64,000 nucleotides of DNA from Acidimicrobiia bacterium (GCA_009843865.1 VYCQ01000002.1:15315-79314); one strand, 5' to 3'; shown: positions 22,501 through 32,532, counted from the stretch's first letter. Program-made: numbers and translations. Notes: generated from the sequence alone by a model not told the origin.

Positions 22501-22999
22501 CATCACGCCTATAGCCCCGTTCTACTAAACCTTCGACTAACGTGCTGAGGTCAACTCGATCCCCTTGAGCAACGGTGATGGGCGCAATTTCGTCGACTTC
22601 TGGGGTGAGACGGCTGAGCAAAGCTCGCACCGGGGCTACCAACACCTTAGGACCCTCAGAGGGATTACGCAGATACCACCGGGCCTGACAACGCTTGCCC
22701 ATGGTCTCTATACCCGGGCTGATGCGCTCAAACGGAAGCGTCTCCCAAGCCGGAAACAGCCCGGCACCACCCTCCAACATCGTCTCAAGGTCACCTGCTA
22801 AACGCTCCGCATCGCTGCTAGTAGGGGTTACTGCCACCACCGGCCGTCGACCAGCCAGCTCGGCGAGGGCAGCTAGTACCACAGCCTGACCATGCTCAGC
22901 CACCGCTAAGGTGGCAGCACGGCGGCCTAACACTTCAATAATGGCCCCGTCTGAAGCCAACTGCCGCCCTAGACCAGCTAGCCCTGGCTCAACAACCAT
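19580..22999 (-). CDS. mfd: Transcription-repair coupling factor
   Basis: 1139 aa. CarD-like domain ([14 protein letters not shown]), SF2 helicase motifs ([27 protein letters not shown]) and a TRCF tail. Confidence 0.97.
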   Translation of the reverse strand: MVVEPGLAGLGRQLASDGAIIEVLGRRAATLAVAEHGQAVVLAALAELAGRRPVVAVTPTSSDAERLAGDLETMLEGGAGLFPAWETLPFERISPGIETMGKRCQARWYLRNPSEGPKVLVAPVRALLSRLTPEVDEIAPITVAQGDRVDLSTLVEGLVERGYRRDVQVEHRGVFAVRGSILDVFASTADRPTRIDLWGDEADRLCEFSVVDQRSIDPVEQVMIFPAREVRPTPHVRKAAQNLVAARPWGREQWERLAEGQFFDGMESWLPWLCDGDEVLADHFSPEALVVLLEPARLRDRASDIAGEEADLAGVLAQTWGAFDEEFPRLHVEYDRLLANCAADVWTLTAAPSGPATPTVVAGGWVSPIGDPDAPAKQASRLLREGYKVWAAADSAGSANRVAAVLSEHGVDLSTCSVVVAPIQRGFVLSGSKLAVLGEADLVGRRRAHRPKRSRRSNAARELGDLNVGDHVVHRHHGVGRYYGMVSRAIDGVSRDYLLVEYRGGDKLYVSTDQLDAIRRYSGGERPPLSKMGGADWQRTKSGVRAAISEIAQELVVLYRRRITTSGRVFSPDTPWQVEMESTFGYQLTPDQHKAIADVKADMERSVPMDRLICGDVGFGKTEVAIRAVFKAIQDGTQAAVLVPTTLLAQQHYQTFGERFAGYPIRVEALSRFLTPSQARVVVAGLADGSVDLVIGTHRLLSEDIVFKHLGLLVVDEEQRFGVSNKEAIKSLQADVDVLTLTATPIPRTLEMSLTGIRDLTLLHTPPAERQPILTYVGNFDERPVAEAIRRELLREGQVFFVHNRVADIEHVAADLREMVPEARVAVAHGQMDEGTLEQVVIDFWERAYDVLVCTTIIESGIDMPTVNTLVVDRADMLGLGQLHQLRGRVGRGGVRAYAYLFVPEDKVLTEEAYERLKTIGEATELGSGFKIAMRDLEIRGAGNMLGTGQSGHIAAVGYDLYCQMVSEAVAELQGETPPEPIEISIDLPVPAGIPAEYMPTEELRLEAYRRVASCEQPTEVDDVASEWVDRYGPVPALAQALLEGARLRCECMRTGVREVTMSKAPGVGGPKWLARLGPVQLLASRRVRLERLYPQASYHEGSGLLRLPVESAPKAAEALIAVLKDLVPEDQSLTTAAS

Positions 23000-23625
23000 C
23001 AGTTGAACTTGTTCATCACAGCATCAAGCGGTTCGTCTAACAGAGCTAGAGCCGCCTCGGCTGATCGTGCTACTGCATCGTCTAACATCTCACGATCGGC
23101 CCGACCGGGGTGTTGCAACACATAGTCGGCACCTGTCCCAGCACTAAGAGTCCCAGTACTAGAAGGCTTGCCCACACCGATGCGAATACGGGTGAACTCT
23201 GCGCTACGCAGGTGTGTCCGAATAGAAATCAACCCATTGTGTCCCGCAAGCCCGCCGCCGTATTTAATACGAATACACCCTGGAGGCAGATCTAGCTCGT
23301 CATGTACCACTACTAGGCGCTCTAAGCACCCAGCAATGTTCCAACGCCGCACCAAAAGCCGCACCGATTCCCCGGACTTATTCATAAAAGTCTGTGGGAA
23401 AGCCAACACCACCCGACGCTCATCCACTTTAGCCTCAGCAACCAAAGCTGCCTCTGATGTTTTCCGCAAAACCTGCCCGCAACGCTGCGCCAATAACGCC
23501 ACAACCTCAACGCCCACATTATGGCGGGTACCAACAAAACAATCCCCAGGATTGCCAAGCCCCACGATCACCAAATCAGCAGGAGTACTAGTGTGGATTT
23601 TACGGGTTCGCCAGCTAACAGGCAC
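22999..23625 (-). CDS. pth: Peptidyl-tRNA hydrolase
   Basis: VGLGNPG..TRHNVG, FMNKSGESV and GGGLAGHNGL. Confidence 0.95.
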   Translation of the reverse strand: MPVSWRTRKIHTSTPADLVIVGLGNPGDCFVGTRHNVGVEVVALLAQRCGQVLRKTSEAALVAEAKVDERRVVLAFPQTFMNKSGESVRLLVRRWNIAGCLERLVVVHDELDLPPGCIRIKYGGGLAGHNGLISIRTHLRSAEFTRIRIGVGKPSSTGTLSAGTGADYVLQHPGRADREMLDDAVARSAEAALALLDEPLDAVMNKFN

Positions 23626-23643
23626 GGCGACAGGCGCCGAGGT

Positions 23644-24309
23644 TTACTCGGCAGATTCTTCTGAGGACGCACCTTCTTCAGCTTCGCCCTCAGTTCCAGC
23701 ATCTAGTAGTTCGCCCTCTGCATCTAGTTCCACCCCAGACTCTTCTACCTCGATCACAGCTGTAGAAGTACTTGCCAACGGCTCCTCAGGGTCACCGGCT
23801 AACTCAACCCCCTCCGGCAACAAAATATCGCCTGCTCTCAATGTATCACCCATGGTCATTTCTGAAATATCGATGGTTAACTCATTAGGTATGAACGCTG
23901 GCTTAGCCAACACACGCACCACAAATGCCGCTTGATCCACAACCCCGCCCTCATAGGTAACCCCTAAGGCCTCCCCTACTAGCACCAAACGCACCTCTAC
24001 TTCTACAGCAACGTCAGCATCCACACGAATAAAGTCCACATGCATAACTTCGCTACGCACTGGATGGTATTGAAGTTCTTTTACCAGCCCAAGTTGATGA
24101 TCGCCGTTCACATCCAAGGTGAGCAAAGCATTTAAGCCAGCCTCTGTGTGTAACACCGTTCGCAGCTCGCGAGCATTCACCGCCACTGGTACCGAATCAC
24201 CACCTAAGCCGTAAACCACACCGGGGACTTGCCCATCGCGGCGTAGTCGACGAGACGAACGAGTGCCCCTACCTCGTTTGGTGTCAGCCTTCAAGATCAA
24301 CTCAGCCAT
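23644..24309 (-). CDS. rplY: 50S ribosomal protein L25 / general stress protein Ctc form
   Basis: RRLRRDGQVPGVVYG..VHTEAGLNALL..LQYHPVRSEVMHVDF, plus an acidic C-terminal tail. The start is taken at the internal ATG (MAELILKAD). Confidence 0.9.
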   Translation of the reverse strand: MAELILKADTKRGRGTRSSRRLRRDGQVPGVVYGLGGDSVPVAVNARELRTVLHTEAGLNALLTLDVNGDHQLGLVKELQYHPVRSEVMHVDFIRVDADVAVEVEVRLVLVGEALGVTYEGGVVDQAAFVVRVLAKPAFIPNELTIDISEMTMGDTLRAGDILLPEGVELAGDPEEPLASTSTAVIEVEESGVELDAEGELLDAGTEGEAEEGASSEESAE

Positions 24310-24410
24310 AATGCAAGCGTTAATGCTACTGCCCACAACCCAAACACGGCCAAGACCTAGCTAAACAACTTCCCTATATCTCATCTTTCCTGTATCCCCT
24401 CTTTAAAGAT

Positions 24411-25391
24411 TCAGGATAGATTCTTACCGCCAAATATTTCCGATACTGAGGTATCTTCAAACACTGCATCAATGGCATCGGCGATAACGCTGGCCACCGA
24501 AAGCACTTCAATCTTGTCAATCTGCTTTTCAGGCGGTAGTGGCAAGGTGTTAGTAATCACCACTTTAGAGATCTGCGAATTCTTAATGCGGTCAATGGCT
24601 GGCCCCGAAAACACCCCGTGAGTTGTGGCAGCCACGATATTGGCTGCACCGCACGCCGCCAAAGCCCCAGCAGCAGCCACGATCGTGCCACCCGTATCGA
24701 TCATGTCATCGATTAACACACAAGTGCGACCAACCACATCACCCACCACCTCGGTGGCTTCCACCGAGTGCATCACGTCTTTGGCACGACGCTTGTGGAC
24801 GATGGCAAGGTCGGCTCCCAACTCGTTGCTGTAACGCTCAGCCACCTTCACTCGACCAGCATCAGGCGACACCACCGCTAAATCACCAGCGATGCCCTTG
24901 AGATACTCAGCAAGCACCGGCATGGCTGTGAGATGGTCCCATGGCCCGTCAAAAAACCCCTGCATTTGCCCGGAGTGCAAATCTACGCTCAACATGCGAT
25001 CCGCCCCCGAAGCCAAAAAAGCATTGGCCATCAACTTGGCAGTTATGGGCTCACGACCAACGGCCTTGCGATCTTGGCGGGCATAACCAAAAAATGGGCA
25101 CACAGCCGTGATGCGCTTGGCTGATGCTCGCCGAGCCGCATCCACCATAATGAGGTGCTCCATCATCGCATCATTAATGGTGGCCTCCCCATAGGCGGTA
25201 TGGCTCTGCACGATGAACACGTCGGTGCCTCGCACCGACTCACCAAAACGACAATGGATCTCGCCATTAGCGAAATCCGCAAGATTAGGCTCCACCAGAT
25301 GCTCATCAAGAACCTCGGCAATCTCGGCGGCAAGAGCTTGATTAGCCCGCCCCGAAATGAGCACCAGCTTTTTCTTGGTAACAACTTCCAT
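24411..25391 (-). CDS. prs: Ribose-phosphate pyrophosphokinase
   Basis: FANGEIHCRF, YARQDRK and VLIDDMIDTGGT. Confidence 0.97.
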   Translation of the reverse strand: MEVVTKKKLVLISGRANQALAAEIAEVLDEHLVEPNLADFANGEIHCRFGESVRGTDVFIVQSHTAYGEATINDAMMEHLIMVDAARRASAKRITAVCPFFGYARQDRKAVGREPITAKLMANAFLASGADRMLSVDLHSGQMQGFFDGPWDHLTAMPVLAEYLKGIAGDLAVVSPDAGRVKVAERYSNELGADLAIVHKRRAKDVMHSVEATEVVGDVVGRTCVLIDDMIDTGGTIVAAAGALAACGAANIVAATTHGVFSGPAIDRIKNSQISKVVITNTLPLPPEKQIDKIEVLSVASVIADAIDAVFEDTSVSEIFGGKNLS

Positions 25392-25514
25392 AGCCTCAGT
25401 TGCTTACTTTAGATGCTGTCAATGCTCTAAGTGTTTTAAATGCTCTAGATGCTGTAAATAATATGCTGTAAATACTTGCGATGCCTCACTCGTGAGCCAC
25501 CACATAAAACGCGG

Positions 25515-25587
25515 CTGGCGAGGCAGGGCTCGAACCTGCAACCTCCTGGTCCAAAGCCAGGCGTTCTGCCAGTTGAACTACTCGCCA
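25515..25587 (-). tRNA. tRNA-Gln (anticodon UUG)
   Basis: Hand fold of the reverse complement. Acceptor TGGCGAG/CTCGCCA, D-stem GTTC/GAAC, anticodon stem CCTGG/CCAGG with loop CT-TTG-GA, and T-arm GCAGG-TTCGAGC-CCTGC. No encoded CCA. Confidence 0.9.
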
Positions 25588-25699
25588 AATTGAGCCCTAA
25601 CACTAATGCACTAGGTACCTCTAACAGACTATCCCTTCGTCAGGTTCTACCTGCTTGGGTTATAGCTGCGATACCCAACCACGCTAGCGTAGAGGTCTC

Positions 25700-25801
25700 A
25701 TGGGATCGTTGATCAAAAAGCGTCGCAAGCGGATGCGTAAAAAGAAGCACAAAAAAATGCTAAAGCGCACTCGATTTCAACGTCGCGCTCGCGGCAAGTA
25801 G
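25700..25801 (+). CDS. 30S ribosomal protein bS22 (Actinomycetota-specific, 33 aa)
   Basis: Translates to MGSLIKKRRKRMRKKKHKKMLKRTRFQRRARGK, near-identical in pattern to mycobacterial bS22 (MGSVIKKRRKRM.KKKHRKLL..TR.QRR). AGAGG lies upstream of the ATG. Below the ORF-track length cutoff. Confidence 0.85.
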   Translation: MGSLIKKRRKRMRKKKHKKMLKRTRFQRRARGK

Positions 25802-25808
25802 CTAAGGG

Positions 25809-26591
25809 TCAGCCAACCTCACTGGGTGAAATCGTATTGACCACAATGCGATCAGCACCTGGATAAGCACCCTCCACAAACCATGTTGAACCGCTTCCTG
25901 CTAAACGCGCCTTTTGTCCAGTAGCACACTCAAGCTTATCGCGATACAGCGCCAAAGCAGGTGCCACATCTAAGGCTGCTGGCTCTAAATCGTTGCCGTT
26001 GACACCCTGAGGTTGACCCATCTCATCCCAACGTCGATAAACCTCTGAGGTCGAACAACCAAACGGGGGAATCAACAAGGTAAATTGCTGCACGATGTGC
26101 TCTAAGGGTTGGATCTGCTCGCCTATTCCGGTTACTCGGGCCCGCCCCCCCACCAAGCAAAACGGCACATCAGCACCCAAGCTAGCGGCTGCTTCTAAGT
26201 CGCTATAGCCGTCGCTATAGCCAGCCCAGCGTAAAATAGCCGCAGCATCAGCCGAACCACCGCCCAAGCCTGCTTTAGGCGGAATGTTCTTCGTGACGAC
26301 GACCTTGGCCGCGCATTTTACCAATCTCAGCGCATGCGTGATGAGGTTGTCGATTGGATCAATTACTTCATTACCGATTGTGCTAACGCCGATTGTGCTA
26401 ACCTTTTGAATCACGATTTCGCTGATTGGCTCACTATCTGGGCTTTGCGAGCCAGTAGCTTGTATAGGCTCAATGGTAATCTTGTCGGCCAAATCTAAGG
26501 TCACCATCTCTGCATCTAAGAGGTGATAACCATCAGATCTCACTCCAGTGATGCATAACGACAAAGTCAACTTGGCTGGTGCAACTATCAC
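25809..26591 (-). CDS. ispE: 4-diphosphocytidyl-2-C-methyl-D-erythritol kinase
   Basis: APAKLTLSL N-terminus, GYHLL, and KNIPPKAGLGGGSADAAA, the GHMP kinase motif. Confidence 0.92.
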   Translation of the reverse strand: MIVAPAKLTLSLCITGVRSDGYHLLDAEMVTLDLADKITIEPIQATGSQSPDSEPISEIVIQKVSTIGVSTIGNEVIDPIDNLITHALRLVKCAAKVVVTKNIPPKAGLGGGSADAAAILRWAGYSDGYSDLEAAASLGADVPFCLVGGRARVTGIGEQIQPLEHIVQQFTLLIPPFGCSTSEVYRRWDEMGQPQGVNGNDLEPAALDVAPALALYRDKLECATGQKARLAGSGSTWFVEGAYPGADRIVVNTISPSEVG

Positions 26592-26657
26592 TAGAGATTT
26601 TCCACCAAAATCACTCCTAACTACTACTAACTACTACTACACTCTTAACTACTACTA

Positions 26658-27503
26658 CTAGCTACGGCTGTGCGCATCGGCTAAGTGTGCTTTAGCAAGG
26701 CAAGCCCACTGAGCTAAGGTAAGTTGTTCTGGGCGAGCAGTAGGGTCAACGTCGGCTCTAGCAAAACAATGCGGGTGTACGATCGTGCTCAACGAGCGGC
26801 GCAGCATCTTACGACGCTGGCCAAAAGCAGCCCTGATGAGATCAAAAAGCAACCTAGGGTCAACATCTGTGGCTGGAACGGGCCTGCGCTCTAAGCGCAC
26901 AACAGCCGAAGAAACCTTAGGTCTAGGATAAAAAACCGAAGCAGCAACACTACGAACTATTCTCGCCTCGCACCAGTAGGCCACCTTCAGGCTTGGTATG
27001 CCATAAGCCTTAGTTCCAACATCAGCAACCAACCGCTCAGCCACCTCGGTTTGCAGCATCACCGTAAACGAACCAATGCGGGGCTCGCTATCCAGAAGAT
27101 CCAGCAGCAGAGGCACTGCAATGTTGTAAGGCAAATTGGCCACCAACACCCAGCGCTGTGAGCCATCGCCCAAATGCTCTCGCCACTGCTGAGTAGTGGC
27201 ATCAGCATGTACCACCTCCACATTGACAGCTTGTGAAGCCTCTAACACCTCTTGCAGCGGTGCCAGCAAATAGCTATCCGCCTCCACCGTCAACACCCTT
27301 TGCACCTCGGCAGCCAGCGCTGTTGTGAGCGAACCCAACCCAGGACCGATCTCCACAACTGAATCTTCAGGCGACAAGCAAGCTGCCCTCACGACTGCGA
27401 CAATGGTATTGAGGTCAACCACAAAGTTCTGGCCTAACGCCCGACTAGGCACCAACCCATGCTGGCCCAACAACTTGATAACCTCATTGCGAGTCAGGCT
27501 CAT
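26658..27503 (-). CDS. rsmA: 16S rRNA (adenine1518/1519-N6)-dimethyltransferase
   Basis: LGQNFVVD, VVEIGPGLGSLT and ANLPYNI. Confidence 0.95.
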   Translation of the reverse strand: MSLTRNEVIKLLGQHGLVPSRALGQNFVVDLNTIVAVVRAACLSPEDSVVEIGPGLGSLTTALAAEVQRVLTVEADSYLLAPLQEVLEASQAVNVEVVHADATTQQWREHLGDGSQRWVLVANLPYNIAVPLLLDLLDSEPRIGSFTVMLQTEVAERLVADVGTKAYGIPSLKVAYWCEARIVRSVAASVFYPRPKVSSAVVRLERRPVPATDVDPRLLFDLIRAAFGQRRKMLRRSLSTIVHPHCFARADVDPTARPEQLTLAQWACLAKAHLADAHSRS

Positions 27504-27538
27504 ACTGCTAGCTCATATTGATGATTAACATTGATGAC

Positions 27539-28321
27539 TCACATTGATAATTGATAAAAAGTGACTGCGTTTTGCCAAGTGTGGTGGGCAATCTCCTCTA
27601 TGGCAATGTCGTAAACCTGCGCTAGAGCCTGACCCACCAACGGCACATTGGCCGGGGAATTTGGTTTGCCTCGCAGCGGTACCGGGGTCAAATAGGGCGA
27701 ATCTGTTTCCACCAAAAGTCGATCCAGCGGGCATAGCTTGGCTGCATCTCGCACCTCATCAGCAGATGGAAAGCTCACGATTCCGCTGAAAGACAAAAAA
27801 GCACCCCTATCTAACGCTGCCCTTGCCTCATCAGGCCCGCCAGTAAAGCAATGAAACACTGTACGCTCAACCATCCCGGCCTCGTCTAACAACGCAAAGG
27901 TGTCATCCCAGGCTTGACGAGTGTGGATCATCAAAGGCATCTGCTGATGATGGGCCATTTGTATATGTTCACCAAACACCTCTTGTTGTACCCCTGCCGG
28001 TGAGTAATTGTAGTGATAATCCAAACCGGTTTCTCCCACCGCAACCACCCGCTCAGAGCCGAGCAACTCCCAAATGCCCGTGCTCCCATTGCTCGCTTCA
28101 TGCGGATGAACCCCAGCGGTAGCCCATACCCGACTGCTTGTCGCCGCCTTAGCTATAGCAGCCGTAGATGAGTCCACATTAGTGCCAACATCGATCATGG
28201 CCTGCACACCCGCAGCTATTGCCTGCTCAAGGGTGGATTCCAACTCATCGGCCTCTAAATGGCAGTGGTTGTCGATCCAACGCATCGTCAACCCGTCAGT
28301 CAAACGCAACCCTTCAGTCAA
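27539..28321 (-). CDS. tatD: TatD-family metal-dependent hydrolase
   Basis: WIDNHCHLE, GETGLDY, IHTR, FHCFTG and ETDSPYL. TTG start in a TTGA overlap with the metG stop; an alternative ATG lies at 28285. Confidence 0.9.
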   Translation of the reverse strand: MTEGLRLTDGLTMRWIDNHCHLEADELESTLEQAIAAGVQAMIDVGTNVDSSTAAIAKAATSSRVWATAGVHPHEASNGSTGIWELLGSERVVAVGETGLDYHYNYSPAGVQQEVFGEHIQMAHHQQMPLMIHTRQAWDDTFALLDEAGMVERTVFHCFTGGPDEARAALDRGAFLSFSGIVSFPSADEVRDAAKLCPLDRLLVETDSPYLTPVPLRGKPNSPANVPLVGQALAQVYDIAIEEIAHHTWQNAVTFYQLSM

Positions 28322-29817
28322 TCCAGCAAACGAGGAAACAGCGGCTCACCATCTACCACCGCCAACCCGCCTGGATACTGACCCCACTCAGCAGCCTCGG
28401 GTAAGCGCTGATCCAAAGGCGAACCTGACAAGCCTAACCGGCCCCAAGCGACCTCACACGCAAAAGGCATAGCAGGACTCGCCAAGATGCATACAATGCG
28501 CAACGACTCCAAGACATTGCCCAAAATCGTATCTACAACAGAACCCGGATCTGTCTTCCATGGCTCGGTTGCTTGCAGATACTCGTTAGTGTCGCGGATA
28601 AGCCTCCAAGTGGCCTCAAGCGCGACTGAAGGCTGAAAACGCTCCCATCCTTCAGCGGTGTCGGCATAAACCGCAGCAACAACATCAGCTAAAGGGTGAT
28701 CAGTATCAGGAGCCGGACCCACACCACCGCATTTACGATGTACCAGAGCACAAGCACGCTGCAATAAGTTGCCGAAGTTGTTTGCCAAATCGGTGTTATA
28801 ACGCTGCTGCAGCGACTCGTGACTCACCTCACTGTCAGGGCCAAAGGGAGTATCTCTGAGAAGGGCGTAGCGAAAACCATCCACTCCGAAATCACTCACC
28901 AAATCGCTAGGAGAAATCTGGTTGAAAGCGGACTTGCCCATCTTTTTACCCCCCACCAACAACCAACCATGTACATGGAACTTAGGCAGATCGTTAACCC
29001 CTGCGGCCAACAACATAGCTGGCCAATACACACAGTGAAAACGGATGATGTCTTTGCCGATTAAATGCCGGGCCGACGGCCACCAAGCCGCAAACCGACC
29101 CTCGTCGTCACCGTAACCGGCGGCGGTGGCGTAATTGGTCAGGGCATCATACCATACGTAAAACACATGGCCGTCTGCCCAAGGCACTGGAATGCCCCAG
29201 TCAATGGAAGTACGGGTTATAGAAATATCCCGCAAACCACCAGCAATGATCCCCAAAGCCTCGTTACGGTAACCCTCAGGCGTAATGTTATGGGGATTGG
29301 CCTCATACCAATCCAAAAGCTGCTCTTCAAAAGCAGAGAGAGCAAAGAAATAGTTCTCCTCGGTCATGCGTTCCACCCGACCAGCTTTCAGATCTTCTTC
29401 GGTTACATCCTCTTGCGAGATGTATGCCTCATCTGCCACCGAGTACCACCCGTCATAAGTGGCCGAGTAGATGTAACCGTTGTCATAAGCTCGCTGCATA
29501 AGCTTCTGCACGGCCCGGTGGTGACGAGGTTCAGTCGTGCGAATAAACTCGTCATTAGCTACCCCCAGCTCAGCCCAGGCCGCGCGAAACCTCTGGCTAG
29601 TGCGATCAGCCTGCACCTGCGGGGACAAGCCGTTAGCCTCAGCTGCCCTTTGCACTTTAAGCCCATGCTCGTCAGTACCGGTGAGATAAAACACCTCATC
29701 GCCTAATAACCGATGCCATCGGGTTACAGCATCTCCATTGAGCACTGAATAGGCGTGGCCAATGTGAGGGGCATCGTTCACATAAAAAATCGGGGTCGTT
29801 AAGTAGTAACGCGACAC
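28318..29817 (-). CDS. metG: Methionine--tRNA ligase (short form)
   Basis: YVNDAPHIGHAY (HIGH) and GKKMGKS (KMSKS). 499 aa, lacking the C-terminal dimerisation domain. Confidence 0.97.
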   Translation of the reverse strand: MSRYYLTTPIFYVNDAPHIGHAYSVLNGDAVTRWHRLLGDEVFYLTGTDEHGLKVQRAAEANGLSPQVQADRTSQRFRAAWAELGVANDEFIRTTEPRHHRAVQKLMQRAYDNGYIYSATYDGWYSVADEAYISQEDVTEEDLKAGRVERMTEENYFFALSAFEEQLLDWYEANPHNITPEGYRNEALGIIAGGLRDISITRTSIDWGIPVPWADGHVFYVWYDALTNYATAAGYGDDEGRFAAWWPSARHLIGKDIIRFHCVYWPAMLLAAGVNDLPKFHVHGWLLVGGKKMGKSAFNQISPSDLVSDFGVDGFRYALLRDTPFGPDSEVSHESLQQRYNTDLANNFGNLLQRACALVHRKCGGVGPAPDTDHPLADVVAAVYADTAEGWERFQPSVALEATWRLIRDTNEYLQATEPWKTDPGSVVDTILGNVLESLRIVCILASPAMPFACEVAWGRLGLSGSPLDQRLPEAAEWGQYPGGLAVVDGEPLFPRLLD

Positions 29818-29854
29818 TGCTTCAGGTTATCCCTTGATTCTGGCGAGGCTGTCT

Positions 29855-30691
29855 TCATTCCTCATCATCCGCCAAGCTGAGTTGGTAAGCCACCCTACGA
29901 GAGATGCTCAGGTCGGCTGCTACTGCTGCGGCTGCATCACGTCGAGACAAGCCGCTAGCAAGCTGTTCACGCAAAGCAACCTTGATTCGAGATGCCGAAG
30001 GTGACGAGGGGCCATCACACCCCGCCACCACCAACACGTACTCCCCACGGGGTTCTGTATTACAACCGAACTGCACTGCATCGCCCAAATTGCCCCGCCA
30101 TATCTCCTCATGCAACTTAGTCTGCTCCCTTACAATGGCGATGCGTCGATCCTCACCCAGCACCTCGGCCAAATCTTCTAAGGTGCGAACCAACCGATGC
30201 GGTGCCTCAAACAACACCATCGTGCGAGGTTCTCGCGACAAAGCAGCTAAACGCTCAGACCGATTACGACCTTTACGAGGAATAAAACCTTCAAAGCAAA
30301 ATCGTCCCGTTCCCAGGCCGCTCACAACTAACGCTGCCAACACTGCAGATGGACCAGGCACCGTCTCCACATGACCATTAGCGGCCAGCACCGCCTCTAC
30401 CACCTTGGCCCCCGGATCAGAAATAGCTGGAGTACCCGCATCGGTAACCAGCGCCACCGCTTTGCCAGCAGATACCAGAGCAGCAATTTCTGTGGCTTGT
30501 GCTGCCTCGGTGCGTTCGTTCACCACCTTGAGCTGTGTGCCCATCACTCCAGCATGGGCCAAAAGCTTTCCTGTGCGACGGGTGTCCTCGCAGGCTACGA
30601 CATCGGCATTTGCCAAAGCGTACACAGCACGCGACGACAAATCCTCCAAATTGCCAATAGGGGTTGCAATCAGTACCAACCTGCCGACCAT
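29855..30691 (-). CDS. rsmI: 16S rRNA (cytidine1402-2'-O)-methyltransferase
   Basis: LIATPIGNLEDLS, CEDTRRT, DAGTPAISDPG and FEAPHR. Confidence 0.93.
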   Translation of the reverse strand: MVGRLVLIATPIGNLEDLSSRAVYALANADVVACEDTRRTGKLLAHAGVMGTQLKVVNERTEAAQATEIAALVSAGKAVALVTDAGTPAISDPGAKVVEAVLAANGHVETVPGPSAVLAALVVSGLGTGRFCFEGFIPRKGRNRSERLAALSREPRTMVLFEAPHRLVRTLEDLAEVLGEDRRIAIVREQTKLHEEIWRGNLGDAVQFGCNTEPRGEYVLVVAGCDGPSSPSASRIKVALREQLASGLSRRDAAAAVAADLSISRRVAYQLSLADDEE

Positions 30692-30758
30692 GTGTCCTCC
30701 CGGAGCACGAAATATTTAACACGGAATACTTGACTTTGCTTTAACTACTCCCTGTTAA

Positions 30759-31139
30759 TTATTCCCTCACCTCTAAGGCCGTTTGCCTTATTTCAAGGCG
30801 ATCTGTGGGCATTAACCCCCAATGAGCCAAAGAACCCGCCTCAGCCTCCAGCACAGCCCGAGCCCGCCAAACAGGCATACCAACACGATGCCTAGCCATA
30901 GTTTTGGTTTTCAGCACCACCATATTGCGATCCAAGTAGACCACATCAATAGCAAAGCGCATACCCAAGGTATGTACCCAAAAAGCTGGACGCAACAAAA
31001 GAGCTTTATCAAACTCTTTGCGACCCAGCAACCCTACCGCACGCTGATGCCAACTAGTTGCAACCTCAACGGTGGCCAACACACGGTTATCACAAACTAT
31101 CCAGGCCATAAGATGATTTTCTAACGCCAGCGTCCACAA
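30759..31139 (-). CDS. DUF192-domain protein
   Basis: RAVGLLGR...WVHTLGMRFAIDVVYLD...VLEAEAG fits the DUF192 pattern. Confidence 0.7.
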   Translation of the reverse strand: MWTLALENHLMAWIVCDNRVLATVEVATSWHQRAVGLLGRKEFDKALLLRPAFWVHTLGMRFAIDVVYLDRNMVVLKTKTMARHRVGMPVWRARAVLEAEAGSLAHWGLMPTDRLEIRQTALEVRE

Positions 31140-31270
31140 TTCAAGCAGACCATCAATTCAAATAAGCTTGCACTGCAACGGCTTAGCACAGTTTATGGCT
31201 GTCTTATCTGACTTATATCTAACTTATGGCTGTTAAGGCGCTCTGATCTGAGACGTTTTAAACATTAAAG

Positions 31271-32347
31271 TTAAACGTTAAAACGAAACTCCATTACATC
31301 GCCATCAACCACGGCATAATCTTTGCCTTCGGTGCGTAAAAGACCCTGCTCTTTAGCTTGTGCCCAACCGCCAGCACTCAACAGCTCTTGGCAGCTAATC
31401 ACCTCTGCTCGAATAAACCCCCGTTGGAAGTCACTATGGATGCGTCCAGCGGCTTCGGGTGCCAAGGCACCCAAACGGAAGGTCCAAGCACGAGTTTCTT
31501 TTTCACCAGTAGTGAAGAACGTTCGCAAACCCAACAAATCGTAAGCAGCATGGCTAAACCGACCCAGCGCCCCCTCACCCAAACCCAACCCCTGAAGCAC
31601 TTCTGCACGCTCATCAGCAGAAAATTGAGCCGCCTCAGACTCCAACTGCACGCACACCGCCATAACCACAGCCTGTCCAGACAACTCGGCGGCCACAGGT
31701 GCCACCACTTCGCTAGCATGACCAAGTTGATCTTCACCAACATTTACTACCGCCAAAACTGGACGATTAGTAAGCAAAAAGCTCTCCTGTAAAGCAGCCC
31801 GCTGAGCGTCTGACAGGTGACTACGGTAGATAGGCGTACCGTCGCTCAAGACCCCCAACGCCGCTTCTAACGCCGCCACTTCAGAGCCTAGAGAACTATC
31901 TTGGATAACAGCCTTGCGACGCTTCGCTAACCGGTTCTCCACAGCTTCTAAATCGGCCAGGGTTAGCTCCAACTCCAATATTCGCAGATGCTCTAGAGGA
32001 TCGCTAAGACCAGGCACGTCTTCGGCCACAAAGGCTCGCAACACATATACCACCGCATCTACTTCACGGATACCAGCCAAAAAGCGATTGCCTAGACCCT
32101 CCCCACGGCTAGCTCCCTCCACTAAACCGCCAATGTCGGTGAACTGCACGCTGGCCGGAGTGACCACACGAGACCCGCTGAGCTCGCCCAGAACACCCAA
32201 GCGAGGGTCACTCACCTTAGCTACACCCACATTAGAGTCAATGGTGGCAAACGCATATGGCGCAGCGAGCGCGTCTGAACCGGTCAAAGCGTTGTACAAG
32301 GAGGACTTGCCAGAATTGGGCAGCCCCACGAACCCAAAGCGTTCCAC
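31271..32347 (-). CDS. ychF: Redox-regulated ribosome-binding ATPase YchF
   Basis: GFVGLPNSGKSSLYNALT, ATIDSNVG, DIGGLVEGAS and the C-terminal TGS-like FIRAEV..DGDVMEFRFNV. Confidence 0.95.
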   Translation of the reverse strand: MERFGFVGLPNSGKSSLYNALTGSDALAAPYAFATIDSNVGVAKVSDPRLGVLGELSGSRVVTPASVQFTDIGGLVEGASRGEGLGNRFLAGIREVDAVVYVLRAFVAEDVPGLSDPLEHLRILELELTLADLEAVENRLAKRRKAVIQDSSLGSEVAALEAALGVLSDGTPIYRSHLSDAQRAALQESFLLTNRPVLAVVNVGEDQLGHASEVVAPVAAELSGQAVVMAVCVQLESEAAQFSADERAEVLQGLGLGEGALGRFSHAAYDLLGLRTFFTTGEKETRAWTFRLGALAPEAAGRIHSDFQRGFIRAEVISCQELLSAGGWAQAKEQGLLRTEGKDYAVVDGDVMEFRFNV

Positions 32348-32402
32348 GGATTTATCACGCTAGCGGTTAGCGTTAGCATTGCCTTATCAACCGGAGGTTG
32401 AA

Positions 32403-32492
32403 ATGTCCAAAAAAACCCAAAAACGTAAAACCCGAGCCCGCACCAAGAAGGCGAACCATGGACGCAAACCCAATGCTGGACGCAATAGCTAA
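32403..32492 (+). CDS. 50S ribosomal protein bL37 (Actinomycetota-specific, 29 aa)
   Basis: ATG lies 5 nt after GGAGG. The product is MSKKTQKRKTRARTKKANHGRKPNAGRNS. The KANHG(K/R)(R/K)PN core matches mycobacterial bL37. It is in a different frame from, and hidden by, the TTG-extended track ORF 32398..32904. Confidence 0.7.
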   Translation: MSKKTQKRKTRARTKKANHGRKPNAGRNS

Positions 32493-32532
32493 CCCAAACA
32501 CCACTGCTGAAACAAGCACAACGGCTAACTCA

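Noticed and set aside
23168-23935. 255-aa plus-strand ORF spanning the pth and rplY region
   Set aside because: It runs antisense to two strongly recognisable genes. It is Ser/Pro/Thr/Arg-rich with no motif. This is a typical shadow ORF of a mid/high-GC gene.
25392-25700. tRNA-Gln as an integration hotspot for a mobile element
   Set aside because: There is no integrase, no direct repeat of the tRNA 3' end, and both flanks are conserved housekeeping genes (prs, bS22, ispE).
29065-29706. 213-aa plus-strand ORF inside metG
   Set aside because: It is antisense to methionyl-tRNA synthetase, which has intact HIGH and KMSKS motifs. No RBS and no recognisable domain.
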